Assembly (NCBI GenBank): GCA_963664875.1
Contig: OY761611.1
Location: forward strand, 2,304,001 to 2,368,000
Direction of reading: 5' to 3'
Length of the DNA stretch: 64,000 nt
From: Candidatus Kapaibacterium sp.
GTDB lineage: Bacteria > Bacteroidota > Ignavibacteria > Kapaibacteriales > UBA2268
Position numbers and translations under genes: made by a program. Shown here one piece after another: positions 52,999 through 60,940 of this stretch (position 1 is its first letter; the number at the start of each line of letters is the position of its first letter). The notes beneath the pieces are model-generated. The model did not search any database. It was not told the DNA's origin and saw nothing but the letters and a program-made list of their open reading frames with translations.

Positions 52999-54855
52999 AT
53001 GAAACAACTTATACTATTACTTTTAATCGTGCCTGCGCTGCTTAGTGCCGAACTCTATGAAGGATCTGACTCATTAAAGCCAAAAAAGGAATATACATAT
53101 AAAGCAAAAGGTGGTTTAGATATAGACCCTAATCTGCTTAATGACGAAGTTCCTGATGACCCTCGTATTCGTTTTGCTACTTATTTTGGTGGAAGTGCGG
53201 CTGATGCAGTGCAGGATTTCAAGATTGATTCTAAGGGTTATTTGTATGCTATTGGTAATACCTTTAGTAATGACTTTCCAATGGTTGGAAATTCCTTTGA
53301 CTCTGAAAAAACTGAAGAAGATTATATTGATGCTTTTATTGTCAAATTTGACACATTAGGTTTTCCTGTTTGGAGTACATACTTTGGTGGAAGAGGAGAA
53401 GACAGAGGTACTAGATTAGAAATAGATTCAGAAGATAACATAATTATTTCAGGAGCTACTAATTCCCCAAATTTCCCATTAAAAGGGGAATTTGACCAAG
53501 ACAGTATAAAAGGCGAAGCAGATATGTATGTCGCTAAGTTTGATCAGGACGGCAATCTTCTATGGTCAAGGTTATTTGGCGGAACATATTTAGATCAGGC
53601 TTTTGGTCTTGCCATAGATGCTGATGATAATATATATCTTGCCGGTAATACTATGAGTACTGATATAGTCAGAAGTGACTGGACTTATCAGCCTGAGTTC
53701 AGCTTGTTTATTGGTAAATGGCGAGACTTCTCTGATGGAGTATTTGCCAAATTTAGTCCGGAAGGTAAACATATATGGTCGAGCTACTTGGGTGCGCAAC
53801 GTGTCGAACATTTAGAAGACATTGATGTTTATGGGGATGAGATAGCTATAGTTGGACGTTTAAGTGCTCCTATTACAAAGACTCATGAAAATATGTATAT
53901 AATAGGAACTGAAGATGCTATTCAAAAATTCCCATGTGATACTATGCTGTACGAACATTACACACTTTACGATCCATTTATTGCCAAATTTACAACTGAC
54001 AACTGTAAACTTAAGTATTTTACTTACTACTGTTCGGAAGCCAGGCGTGCAAATTTAAGTGATAATTATTATTTTTTCTCAGATTATGATGCAGACGGAA
54101 ATTTTATTTTAATTATTGACACTGACGACAATTCTATGCAAGTCAAAGGTTCTCCGTTTCATAATTATAATGAAATTGGAGGGCATTTTGGCAGGATGAT
54201 TCTGTCTTTAAATTTAGAAAATAAAGTTAATTGGGATTATGATATGATGGGAGGCTTAGGCTTTTTTGATAATTCATATGTTCTGGATAATAAAGTTTTG
54301 TGGGGAGAAGTCAATGCTGAAAAAAACATATTTCCTGAAGATAGCAATCATATCATTAATCGAGATCACGGAACTACTCGAACATCATTATTGATGCGAT
54401 ATGATTTAGAAAATTATAAACAATGGTACTCTTACCACCCTCACTTAATCGCAGACCCAAATCTTCTAGTTAAAAACAATGATGTTTATATTGTTTCTAA
54501 AGCACATTCAGCACACTTACTAAAAAATGCTTATTCTGAAGAATTCCATGAGTATGGTTTATATCTAATTAATTTTGATTTGAGAGAGAACTTTGGGTAT
54601 TCGGCAATAGATACAGGAAGAAATGATTTATCAAACATATCTGTCTATCCATCAATTGCATCTCAATCCATAACTATATCTTCTGAAGATTCCATTAGAC
54701 AACTACAAATCTATGATTTACTCGGTAAACAATTATATTCAAAAGAAATACAAATTCCCTTAAACGAGTTAGAAATTAACATAGAGAACTATGCAGACGG
54801 GATGTATTTCATTCTTGTAAACAATAATTACAGTCTTAAATTTATTAAGGAGTAA
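52999..54855 (+). CDS. SBBP-repeat T9SS cargo protein, paralog 2
   Basis: Tandem duplicate of 50873..52735. Termini are near-identical and the middle has diverged. Confidence 0.9.
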   Translation: MKQLILLLLIVPALLSAELYEGSDSLKPKKEYTYKAKGGLDIDPNLLNDEVPDDPRIRFATYFGGSAADAVQDFKIDSKGYLYAIGNTFSNDFPMVGNSFDSEKTEEDYIDAFIVKFDTLGFPVWSTYFGGRGEDRGTRLEIDSEDNIIISGATNSPNFPLKGEFDQDSIKGEADMYVAKFDQDGNLLWSRLFGGTYLDQAFGLAIDADDNIYLAGNTMSTDIVRSDWTYQPEFSLFIGKWRDFSDGVFAKFSPEGKHIWSSYLGAQRVEHLEDIDVYGDEIAIVGRLSAPITKTHENMYIIGTEDAIQKFPCDTMLYEHYTLYDPFIAKFTTDNCKLKYFTYYCSEARRANLSDNYYFFSDYDADGNFILIIDTDDNSMQVKGSPFHNYNEIGGHFGRMILSLNLENKVNWDYDMMGGLGFFDNSYVLDNKVLWGEVNAEKNIFPEDSNHIINRDHGTTRTSLLMRYDLENYKQWYSYHPHLIADPNLLVKNNDVYIVSKAHSAHLLKNAYSEEFHEYGLYLINFDLRENFGYSAIDTGRNDLSNISVYPSIASQSITISSEDSIRQLQIYDLLGKQLYSKEIQIPLNELEINIENYADGMYFILVNNNYSLKFIKE

Positions 54856-54857
54856 AA

Positions 54858-55068
54858 ATTCCCCTCTTGAGGGGTGGCATGCGTAGCATGACGGGGTGGA
54901 AAAGAATCTTATTTCTATCACTACTCTAAAAAATATATCGCTAAAGTTATTTATTTAGAAAACATACTGCATACTCTGAAAATTTGTGCTTCGTGTGTTT
55001 CCACCCCGTCTCACCTTCGGTGAGCCACCCTACTTCGGCAGGCTCAGCACATCGCTCAAGAGGGGAAT
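54858..55068. repeat. Inverted REP doublet, copy 3 (variant left arm and different spacer)
   Basis: TTCCCCTCTTGAGGGGTGGCATGCGTAGCATGACGGGGTGGA ... TCCACCCCGTCTCACCTTCGGTGAGCCACCC...CTCAAGAGGGGAA. Confidence 0.9.
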
Positions 55069-55100
55069 GGAGAGGGTTTTGGCTCAAAATATTAGAGAAA

Positions 55101-55225
55101 GAGCCTGAAAGGCTCAAAGCAAATAGCCCGGGGCAGCTAAGGTCACTGAGCGAGCGCAGCAAGTCGAAGTGCGGGAAAAGAAACGCCCACACCCTCGTTT
55201 TCCATAACCGAGCGGAGCGAGGTGA
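55101..55225. repeat. Composite REP cluster (GAGCCTGAAAGGCTC family with an embedded A-type repeat)
   Basis: GAGCCTGAAAGGCTCAAA (also at 50564), TAGCCCGGGGCAGC, then AAGGTCACTGAGCGAGCGCAGCAAGTCGAAGTG, the reverse complement of the array A repeat. Confidence 0.75.
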
Positions 55226-55319
55226 AGTATTTTCTTCTTTCTAAGTACAAGAATCAAAAAAATGTTTACATCTCTTAAATATTTTACTCTATCACTTAAA
55301 ATAAGGACTTATAGCGAGG

Positions 55320-55670
55320 GGTGTGGATTACCCGGATTGTATAATTATAGCTTATACATAGACTTATAATGCTTGCCGGAAATTATCAAATAATTGTCCA
55401 CAACTTTGATACAGAGCTGTTTTAAGAGGTGTTAGAAATTTGGAAAATATTGTGGATAACTTAGATTTTTGTCAACATCTCAAATTATTCCACTCCGAGT
55501 GTTGAAAACTATAAGTTATCCACACATTTATCCACAATACTTGATTATTAAAATTCCTTTACAATTTCCGATATTTCAAATACTTAGCTTTCCGAATTTT
55601 GGCTTTTCAACTTTTCTACACTAAGTACATATACATCATATTTATAAAAGAAAAAAAAGAACTCTATGTT
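55320..55670. other. DnaA-box cluster, candidate oriC
   Basis: Perfect TTATCCACA at 55516 and 55528 and on the minus strand at 55451. Near matches at 55322, 55352, 55394, 55469 and 55500. AT-rich non-coding region. Confidence 0.78.
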
Positions 55671-55671
55671 A

Positions 55672-56931
55672 TTATATTGTATCGAAGCCTGTATATCTTT
55701 GCAAGCACTCAGGTACTTTTACTGTTCCGTCTTCCTGTAGGTAAGTTTCGATTAGAGCAGCAAAAATTCTTGAAGTAGCTAATGCAGATCCGTTTAATGT
55801 ATGTACAAATTCCGGTTTAGCGTTAGGTTCTCTTTTGAATCTGATGTTTGCTCTTCTTGCCTGGAAGTCTTCAAAATTGGAACAGCTTGATACTTCTAAC
55901 CATTTTTCTTCGCCCGGAGCCCAAACTTCTAAATCGAATGTAGAAGCTGAAGAGAAACTTGTGTCACCTGAGCAAAGGTGAAGCAATCTATATTGTAATC
56001 CTAAGGCTTGTAAAAGGTCCTCAGCGTCTTTTATTAGGTTTTCCAACTCTGAGTATGACTCTTCCGGTTTAGTGAATTTGACAAGCTCTACTTTGTTGAA
56101 CTGGTGAACTCTAAGGAAACCGTGTACTTCTTTGCCATAGCTGCCTGCTTCTCTTCTGAAACAAGGAGAATAGCCGCATATTTTTATAGGAAGTTCTTCT
56201 CTGATAATTTCGTTGTTGTAGTAATTAGTAAGCGGAACTTCTGCAGTTGGGATAAGGTACATATTATCTTCTGTTGCATGGTACATATCTTCAGCCATTT
56301 TAGGAAGCTGACCTGTGCCACGCATAGAGCTTTCGTTTACAAGGAAAGGAGGCATCATTTCGTAGTATCCGTGTTTTTCCAAGTGAGTATTGAGGAAGAA
56401 ATTGATAAGAGCTCTTTCCAAAGCAGCACCTTTACCGGTATAAAAAGCAAAGCCTGCACCTGAAACTTTTGCACCTCTTTCGAAGTCAATAATTTTGCGG
56501 TCTTTAGCTATTTCGATATGGTCTTTTTTAACAGGCTGAGTAACTCTTTCGCCCCATTCTTTTACTACTTTGTTATCAGCTTCAGATTTTCCTATAGGTA
56601 CATCTTTGTGGCACATATTAGGAACTTTGCTCATAAGCTCAGCAATCTGATTTTCTACATCGCGAAGTTCGTCGTCCATATCTTTGATTTTATCAGAAAC
56701 ATCTTTCATTTCAGCGATTTTGTCGTCAGCATTTTCTTTATTTTTTTTAAGCTCGGCAATTTCTTTAGAAGCAACATTACGTTGATTTTTAAGATTTTCA
56801 ACTTCTGCTATTATAGTTCTTCTCTTTTCATCAAGCTGAGGAAGAGCAGTAACATCAGCAGATTCGTTTTTGTTTTTGATATTTTGTTGTACCAAATCAA
56901 TATTTTCGCGTACAAATTTCAAATCCAACAT
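55672..56931 (-). CDS. serS: Serine--tRNA ligase
   Basis: MLDLKFVREN coiled-coil arm, LIPTAEVP, CFRREAGSYG, RVHQFNKVE, EVSSCSN, HTLNGSALA. Confidence 0.99.
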   Translation of the reverse strand: MLDLKFVRENIDLVQQNIKNKNESADVTALPQLDEKRRTIIAEVENLKNQRNVASKEIAELKKNKENADDKIAEMKDVSDKIKDMDDELRDVENQIAELMSKVPNMCHKDVPIGKSEADNKVVKEWGERVTQPVKKDHIEIAKDRKIIDFERGAKVSGAGFAFYTGKGAALERALINFFLNTHLEKHGYYEMMPPFLVNESSMRGTGQLPKMAEDMYHATEDNMYLIPTAEVPLTNYYNNEIIREELPIKICGYSPCFRREAGSYGKEVHGFLRVHQFNKVELVKFTKPEESYSELENLIKDAEDLLQALGLQYRLLHLCSGDTSFSSASTFDLEVWAPGEEKWLEVSSCSNFEDFQARRANIRFKREPNAKPEFVHTLNGSALATSRIFAALIETYLQEDGTVKVPECLQRYTGFDTI

Positions 56932-57096
56932 ATCGAAATCCTATTGTTTAGTGTATTAAATATAGTCTTTTTGATTCTACACGAAATTAGTTAATAATTG
57001 CTAAACCAAATAATTAAATTGTTGAGTAGATAGGTATATATTTAAAAGGATATATAGTGAGTGAAATGAGGTGGTAGGAAGAATATTCTTTTACAT

Positions 57097-57165
57097 CACT
57101 TCAGTTTACTGAGTTTGCTGAGTGAGATTAACAAGTTCATCGAGCGAGCAAAGGGAGTCGAGATG
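57097..57165. repeat. Isolated degenerate A/B repeat pair of the GIY-YIG array family
   Basis: CACTTCAGTTTACTGAGTTTGCTGAGTGAG ... GTTCATCGAGCGAGCAAAGGGAGTCGAGATG. Confidence 0.7.
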
Positions 57166-57550
57166 TAGAAATTATTCTGATTTCCATATCCACTTGTCGT
57201 ATCTATTTACATAACCCCAGAATGTTTTACAATCACTGGTTGAGGTTATAATACATATCATGAGCTTCATATATTCCGTTTTATATCTCTTTTAGATATA
57301 GAAAATCTTTTTCAACAATTTGGCATCTACCTATATCGTAAATTATCAGAGTTTTTGAATTATTGTTATTATAGTTTTTGAATGGATTAGGTTTTGATTT
57401 ACAATTTTTAGAGATATATTTCTTTTTATACTTCCTATTACCGTTACTGTCAAGTACTACATTTTCACTATTTTGGAGTATCTTGATTCCATCTTTATAG
57501 GCAGATTTCCAGAAGTATGCTCAAAATCTATTATCTATAAAATTTAAATA

Positions 57551-58036
57551 TCATTCTTCAAACCCTCGATTATTTATTTTATATAATTTTTTAATTACAG
57601 ATATGGCTTTGCTACTTCTTTCTTCATCTAAGACATTTCTAAATATTTCAAATATTCTATCAGAATAGTCTTCAAAAGATATTCTAAAGAACAAATCAAT
57701 ATATTGTCCCTTCAAAATAGTTAAAGAAAATAGATTTCTTTTTGCTATATCTCTATTTAACGAATATTTAGTTCCACCTAATTTACTTAAACTATCTAAA
57801 AGTTTTTCTTTTTCGTCAATACTAATATCAATTCGATCATAAACGCTAAACCATTCAGATTGAAATGAAAATCCTATCGGTGATAATAACAAAGCAGGAT
57901 AATACCCACTTGCAGAGTCCCGATCTCTAATAATTATTACCAAATGCTCTCTATACAAATATATTGAAGAATTTTGATTATATAAATTTGTACAAAGTAG
58001 CAATACAAATACAGAATATTTAACTATTTTAAACAT
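57551..58036 (-). CDS. Hypothetical exported protein (possibly truncated or immunity-like)
   Basis: AAGGA RBS and signal-peptide-like N-terminus; very AT-rich; no recognisable motif. Confidence 0.5.
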   Translation of the reverse strand: MFKIVKYSVFVLLLCTNLYNQNSSIYLYREHLVIIIRDRDSASGYYPALLLSPIGFSFQSEWFSVYDRIDISIDEKEKLLDSLSKLGGTKYSLNRDIAKRNLFSLTILKGQYIDLFFRISFEDYSDRIFEIFRNVLDEERSSKAISVIKKLYKINNRGFEE

Positions 58037-58045
58037 AATCTATCC

Positions 58046-58276
58046 TTAAGGTTTTCCGACAACTTGTGGTACATTAGATATCCACCTAATTTGACCTAAA
58101 TGGAATGGTACACTTTCTGGTGTTACTACAGTAGGTCCTATATAATTTATATTACGATTAGTATCAGTTGTATATCCCCATTGTACAGTCTTTAAGACGT
58201 CATGATTTTTAAATCCAATACTGTCCTCGCGAATACCAACAAGACTTGTTGTTGCAATAAAATCTTTATTTGCAAT
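58046..58276 (-). pseudogene. Start-less 76-codon gene fragment
   Basis: Open frame IANKDFIATTSLVGIREDS...LKTVQWGYTTD...VVGKP* overlaps the WG-repeat ORF tail and ends 9 nt before the next ATG. Confidence 0.45.
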
Positions 58277-58875
58277 TTATAGAAACCATACGAATTTTTA
58301 CAATCAAATAATGCAATATCATGGTTTATGTGATCTAATAGAAAAGGGAATTTCATGTCCTTACAAAAATCTTCATATAAAAGATCAAAATATCCATATT
58401 CAATAGGCAATATTGTATTCGTATTTATATCTACTAAACAATTTTTTTTATTTTTAGTATCAGATTCTTTTATTGTCACCACATAAACATCATCTTTCCA
58501 GTATAAATAAGCATCATAGCCAATATTATATATCTTCTTTTCTTTTGGTCTCAATACATACTGATAATCTGCTGAGTAATCGGTGCCATTGAATCTTATA
58601 GTATCAAAGCCTCTATTAAATACTAATCTACCGGTATTATCAATAATAAACTGCTTCCCTTTATAAGTAACAATACCAAATTCTTTATCAAACTGAGTAG
58701 CTTTATCAAATCTATAATCTACAATAAGCTTTCCATACTGATTTATATATCCCCAGCTTCCGTTATTCTCCACAGGCAATAGAATATTTTCAGGGATAGA
58801 ATAATGCAGCGGTTTATCGCAACTAGTAACTAAAAGTACAAAAATTATAATAATTAGAGAGCGCACTAAACGCAT
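58192..58875 (-). CDS. WG-repeat lipoprotein, probably 3'-truncated
   Basis: Lipobox LVTSC; SWGYINQYGKLIVDYRFDKATQF, IIDNTGRLV and LVDINTNTILPIEY are WG_beta_rep-like units. The tail looks out of frame. Confidence 0.7.
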   Translation of the reverse strand: MRLVRSLIIIIFVLLVTSCDKPLHYSIPENILLPVENNGSWGYINQYGKLIVDYRFDKATQFDKEFGIVTYKGKQFIIDNTGRLVFNRGFDTIRFNGTDYSADYQYVLRPKEKKIYNIGYDAYLYWKDDVYVVTIKESDTKNKKNCLVDINTNTILPIEYGYFDLLYEDFCKDMKFPFLLDHINHDIALFDCKNSYGFYKLQIKILLQQQVLLVFARTVLDLKIMTS

Positions 58876-58939
58876 AAAAACCTCACTTTCGAAACACTCC
58901 ATATAAAATAGCAGATATTTTAAAAGAAAACAAAAGCTT

Positions 58940-58955
58940 TGTTTCATGTGAAACA
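58940..58955. other. parS-like site 1
   Basis: TGTTTCATGTGAAACA vs consensus TGTTNCACGTGAAACA. Confidence 0.85.
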
Positions 58956-59265
58956 AAAAAAGTACTTAGTGGTTTGCACTTCGACTCACTGAGATTGGGA
59001 TAATGTGCTACAATAATATTTAAGGTCATCGAGCGAGTACAATGAGTCGAGATGCAATACAGTCACTTTTACACTTCGACTCACTGCGTTCGCTCAGTGA
59101 CCTTAGTAAATAAGTACAATTATAAAATAAAAAGGACATCGAGCGACCAGAGGGAGTCGAGATGCAATACACCTTCTTCTTTCACATCGATTCATTTTAG
59201 TCACTCAGTGACCTTAAAGAATATAAGATATAAAATAAATAGAATTTAGATTTAAAACAGATAAG

Positions 59266-59281
59266 TGTTTCATGTGGAACA
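59266..59281. other. parS-like site 2
   Basis: TGTTTCATGTGGAACA. Confidence 0.85.
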
Positions 59282-59601
59282 ATCTTTGTGAAGAGGTTGT
59301 GGCTTACACTTCGACTCACTATGTTCGCTCAGTGACCTTAAGAATAGACCAGATAATTCAAAAAGGTCATCGAGCGATTGGAGGGAGTCGAGATGTATGA
59401 CTTTTATTTTTACACTTCGACTCACTACCTTCGCTCAGTGAGCTTCGGGTATTTTTCTGTATTATAATATAGGTCATCGAGCGACCAGAGGGAGTCGAGA
59501 TGAAGAACTATCCTTTCTACACTTCGACTCACTGCGTTCGCTCAGTGAGCTTGAACAAATAAGGTATATAATATATGATAATAAGATTCAAAATAGATAA
59601 A

Positions 59602-59617
59602 TGTATCATGTGAAACA
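59602..59617. other. parS-like site 3
   Basis: TGTATCATGTGAAACA (one additional mismatch). Confidence 0.7.
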
Positions 59618-59788
59618 GTCTTTGTATAAGAGCTTTTAGCTTACACTTCGACTCACTGCGTTCGCTCAGTGACCTATGTGTAAATATGTACGAATAATAC
59701 ATAAGGTCATCGAGCGACCAGAGGGAGTCGTGATGCAAAATTCATATCAATATCAAAATCGAACAATATCAGATATCTAAACACGTAC

Positions 59789-59804
59789 TGTTTCATGTGG
59801 AACA
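59789..59804. other. parS-like site 4
   Basis: TGTTTCATGTGGAACA, 6 nt upstream of the first ATG of the GIY-YIG ORF. Confidence 0.85.
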
Positions 59805-59810
59805 AAATAG

Positions 59811-60113
59811 ATGCTTATGGCAAAAGCTTATACATATATCCTACTTTGTTGTGATGGTACTTATTACACAGGCAGTACTAAAGATTTGCATTTAAGAATG
59901 GTAGAACATTATTCCGGCGAAGGAGCAAATTATACATCGAAACGCCTCCCTGTTAAACTTATCTATGTAGAAGAATTCGATAGAATAGATCACGCCTTTG
60001 AAAGAGAAAAGCAAATACAAGGCTGGTCACACCGCAAAAAGAAAGCCCTCATAGAACGCAACTATGATAACTTAAAGAAATACTCCAAATCTTATCAGAT
60101 GTTAGAGAAGTAG
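59811..60113 (+). CDS. Small GIY-YIG nuclease (UPF0213/YhbQ-like)
   Basis: YTYILLCCDGTYYTGST.DL..R...H..GEGANYT.KRLPVKLIYVE...AFEREKQIQGWS..KK.ALI. The catalytic Tyr/Arg/His/Glu pattern is intact. Confidence 0.93.
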   Translation: MLMAKAYTYILLCCDGTYYTGSTKDLHLRMVEHYSGEGANYTSKRLPVKLIYVEEFDRIDHAFEREKQIQGWSHRKKKALIERNYDNLKKYSKSYQMLEK

Positions 60114-60120
60114 GTAGTGA

Positions 60121-60535
60121 CACTTCGACTCGCTGCGTTCGCTCAGTGACCTTAAAAAAGATATGCCGTGCTAATTCAAAAAGGTCATCGAGCGAGTGAA
60201 ACGAGTCGAGATGCAGAACAATTCCAATATGCACTTCGACTCACTGCGTTCGCTCAGTGAGCTTGAGATATTGTGTTGCAATAGTATTGAAGGTCATCGA
60301 GCGACCAGAGGGAGTCGAGATGTTGGACTGTAACATTTACACTTCGACTCACTGCGTTCACTCAGTGACATTGAGATATTTCTCTATTTTAGTATAAAGG
60401 GTCATCGAGCGAGTGAAACGAGTCGAGATGCAGAACAATTCCATTAAACACTTCGACTCACTACGTTCGCTCAGTGAGCTTATCTATAGAAAAATAATTA
60501 GAAAGGTCATCGAGCGAGTGTAACGAGTCGAGATG
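60121..60535. repeat. Alternating inverted palindromic repeat array, right arm (4 A/B pairs)
   Basis: A at 60121, 60232, 60340, 60449. B at about 60181, 60290, 60398, 60503. Period 108-111 bp. Confidence 0.95.
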
Positions 60536-60561
60536 CAAAATACAAATATCAAAACTCGTAT

Positions 60562-60577
60562 TGTTCCATGTGGAACA
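60562..60577. other. parS-like site 5
   Basis: TGTTCCATGTGGAACA. Confidence 0.85.
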
Positions 60578-60583
60578 ATAGTA

Positions 60584-60937
60584 CTAGTAGCTCTCCCCTT
60601 TGTTTTCCAGTTCTATTCTTTTTATTTCGATTGCTTTAAGTTTTTTAGCCACTGCGGTTCCGAGTTGTATATTTCTTGCATTGCAGTAGTTCATAAGGGC
60701 TATAAATACATCGGCAGCTTCATCTTCGAACCTACTGTGTTCTATAGTTTTGCCTTTCCATTGTTTCTTTTCTATGTTAGCAAGTTCTCCTGCTTCTCCG
60801 TTTAGTTCAAGGCAGAAAAATTCGGGGCTTTTTGGTGTGAAATGTTTGTTTTGATACTTATCAAATTCTTCTTGTATTTGATTTATAGGCTCTTCGCAGT
60901 AATGAAGGAGTATAGGCATATCTATGTATTCAGACAT
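60584..60937 (-). CDS. MazG-like nucleotide pyrophosphohydrolase
   Basis: LELNGEAGELANIEKK...FEDEAADVFIALMNYCNARNIQL, an ExxE...ExxD all-alpha NTP-PPase motif. Confidence 0.85.
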   Translation of the reverse strand: MSEYIDMPILLHYCEEPINQIQEEFDKYQNKHFTPKSPEFFCLELNGEAGELANIEKKQWKGKTIEHSRFEDEAADVFIALMNYCNARNIQLGTAVAKKLKAIEIKRIELENKGESY

Positions 60938-60940
60938 TTT

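Larger units (their letters stand above)
58977..59735. repeat. Alternating inverted palindromic repeat array, left arm (7 A-type, 5 B-type)
   Basis: A = CACTTCGACTCACTGCGTTCGCTCAGTGACCTT at 58977 (truncated), 59072, 59183 (degenerate), 59307, 59413, 59520, 59644. B = AAGGTCATCGAGCGACCAGAGGGAGTCGAGATG at about 59022, 59132, 59363, 59470, 59703. Confidence 0.95.

Noticed and set aside
50873-54855. Diversity-generating retroelement behind the paralog variation
   Set aside because: No reverse transcriptase is present, differences are not adenine-specific, and both copies are full-length genes.
50522-55244. ORFs 50522..50881, 52708..53007, 54947..55192 and 54984..55244
   Set aside because: They are translations of REP palindromes (PLERCAEPAEV, PPSLRSRTPQEG), not credible proteins.
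59052-60234. ORFs 59052..59249, 59529..59738 and 60049..60234
   Set aside because: They are read-throughs of the repeat array with no protein-like features.
58977-60535. CRISPR array
   Set aside because: Repeats alternate in orientation and type. Spacers fall in two length classes, are AT-rich and partly repeated (CAGAACAATTCCA twice). No cas genes are present in the window.
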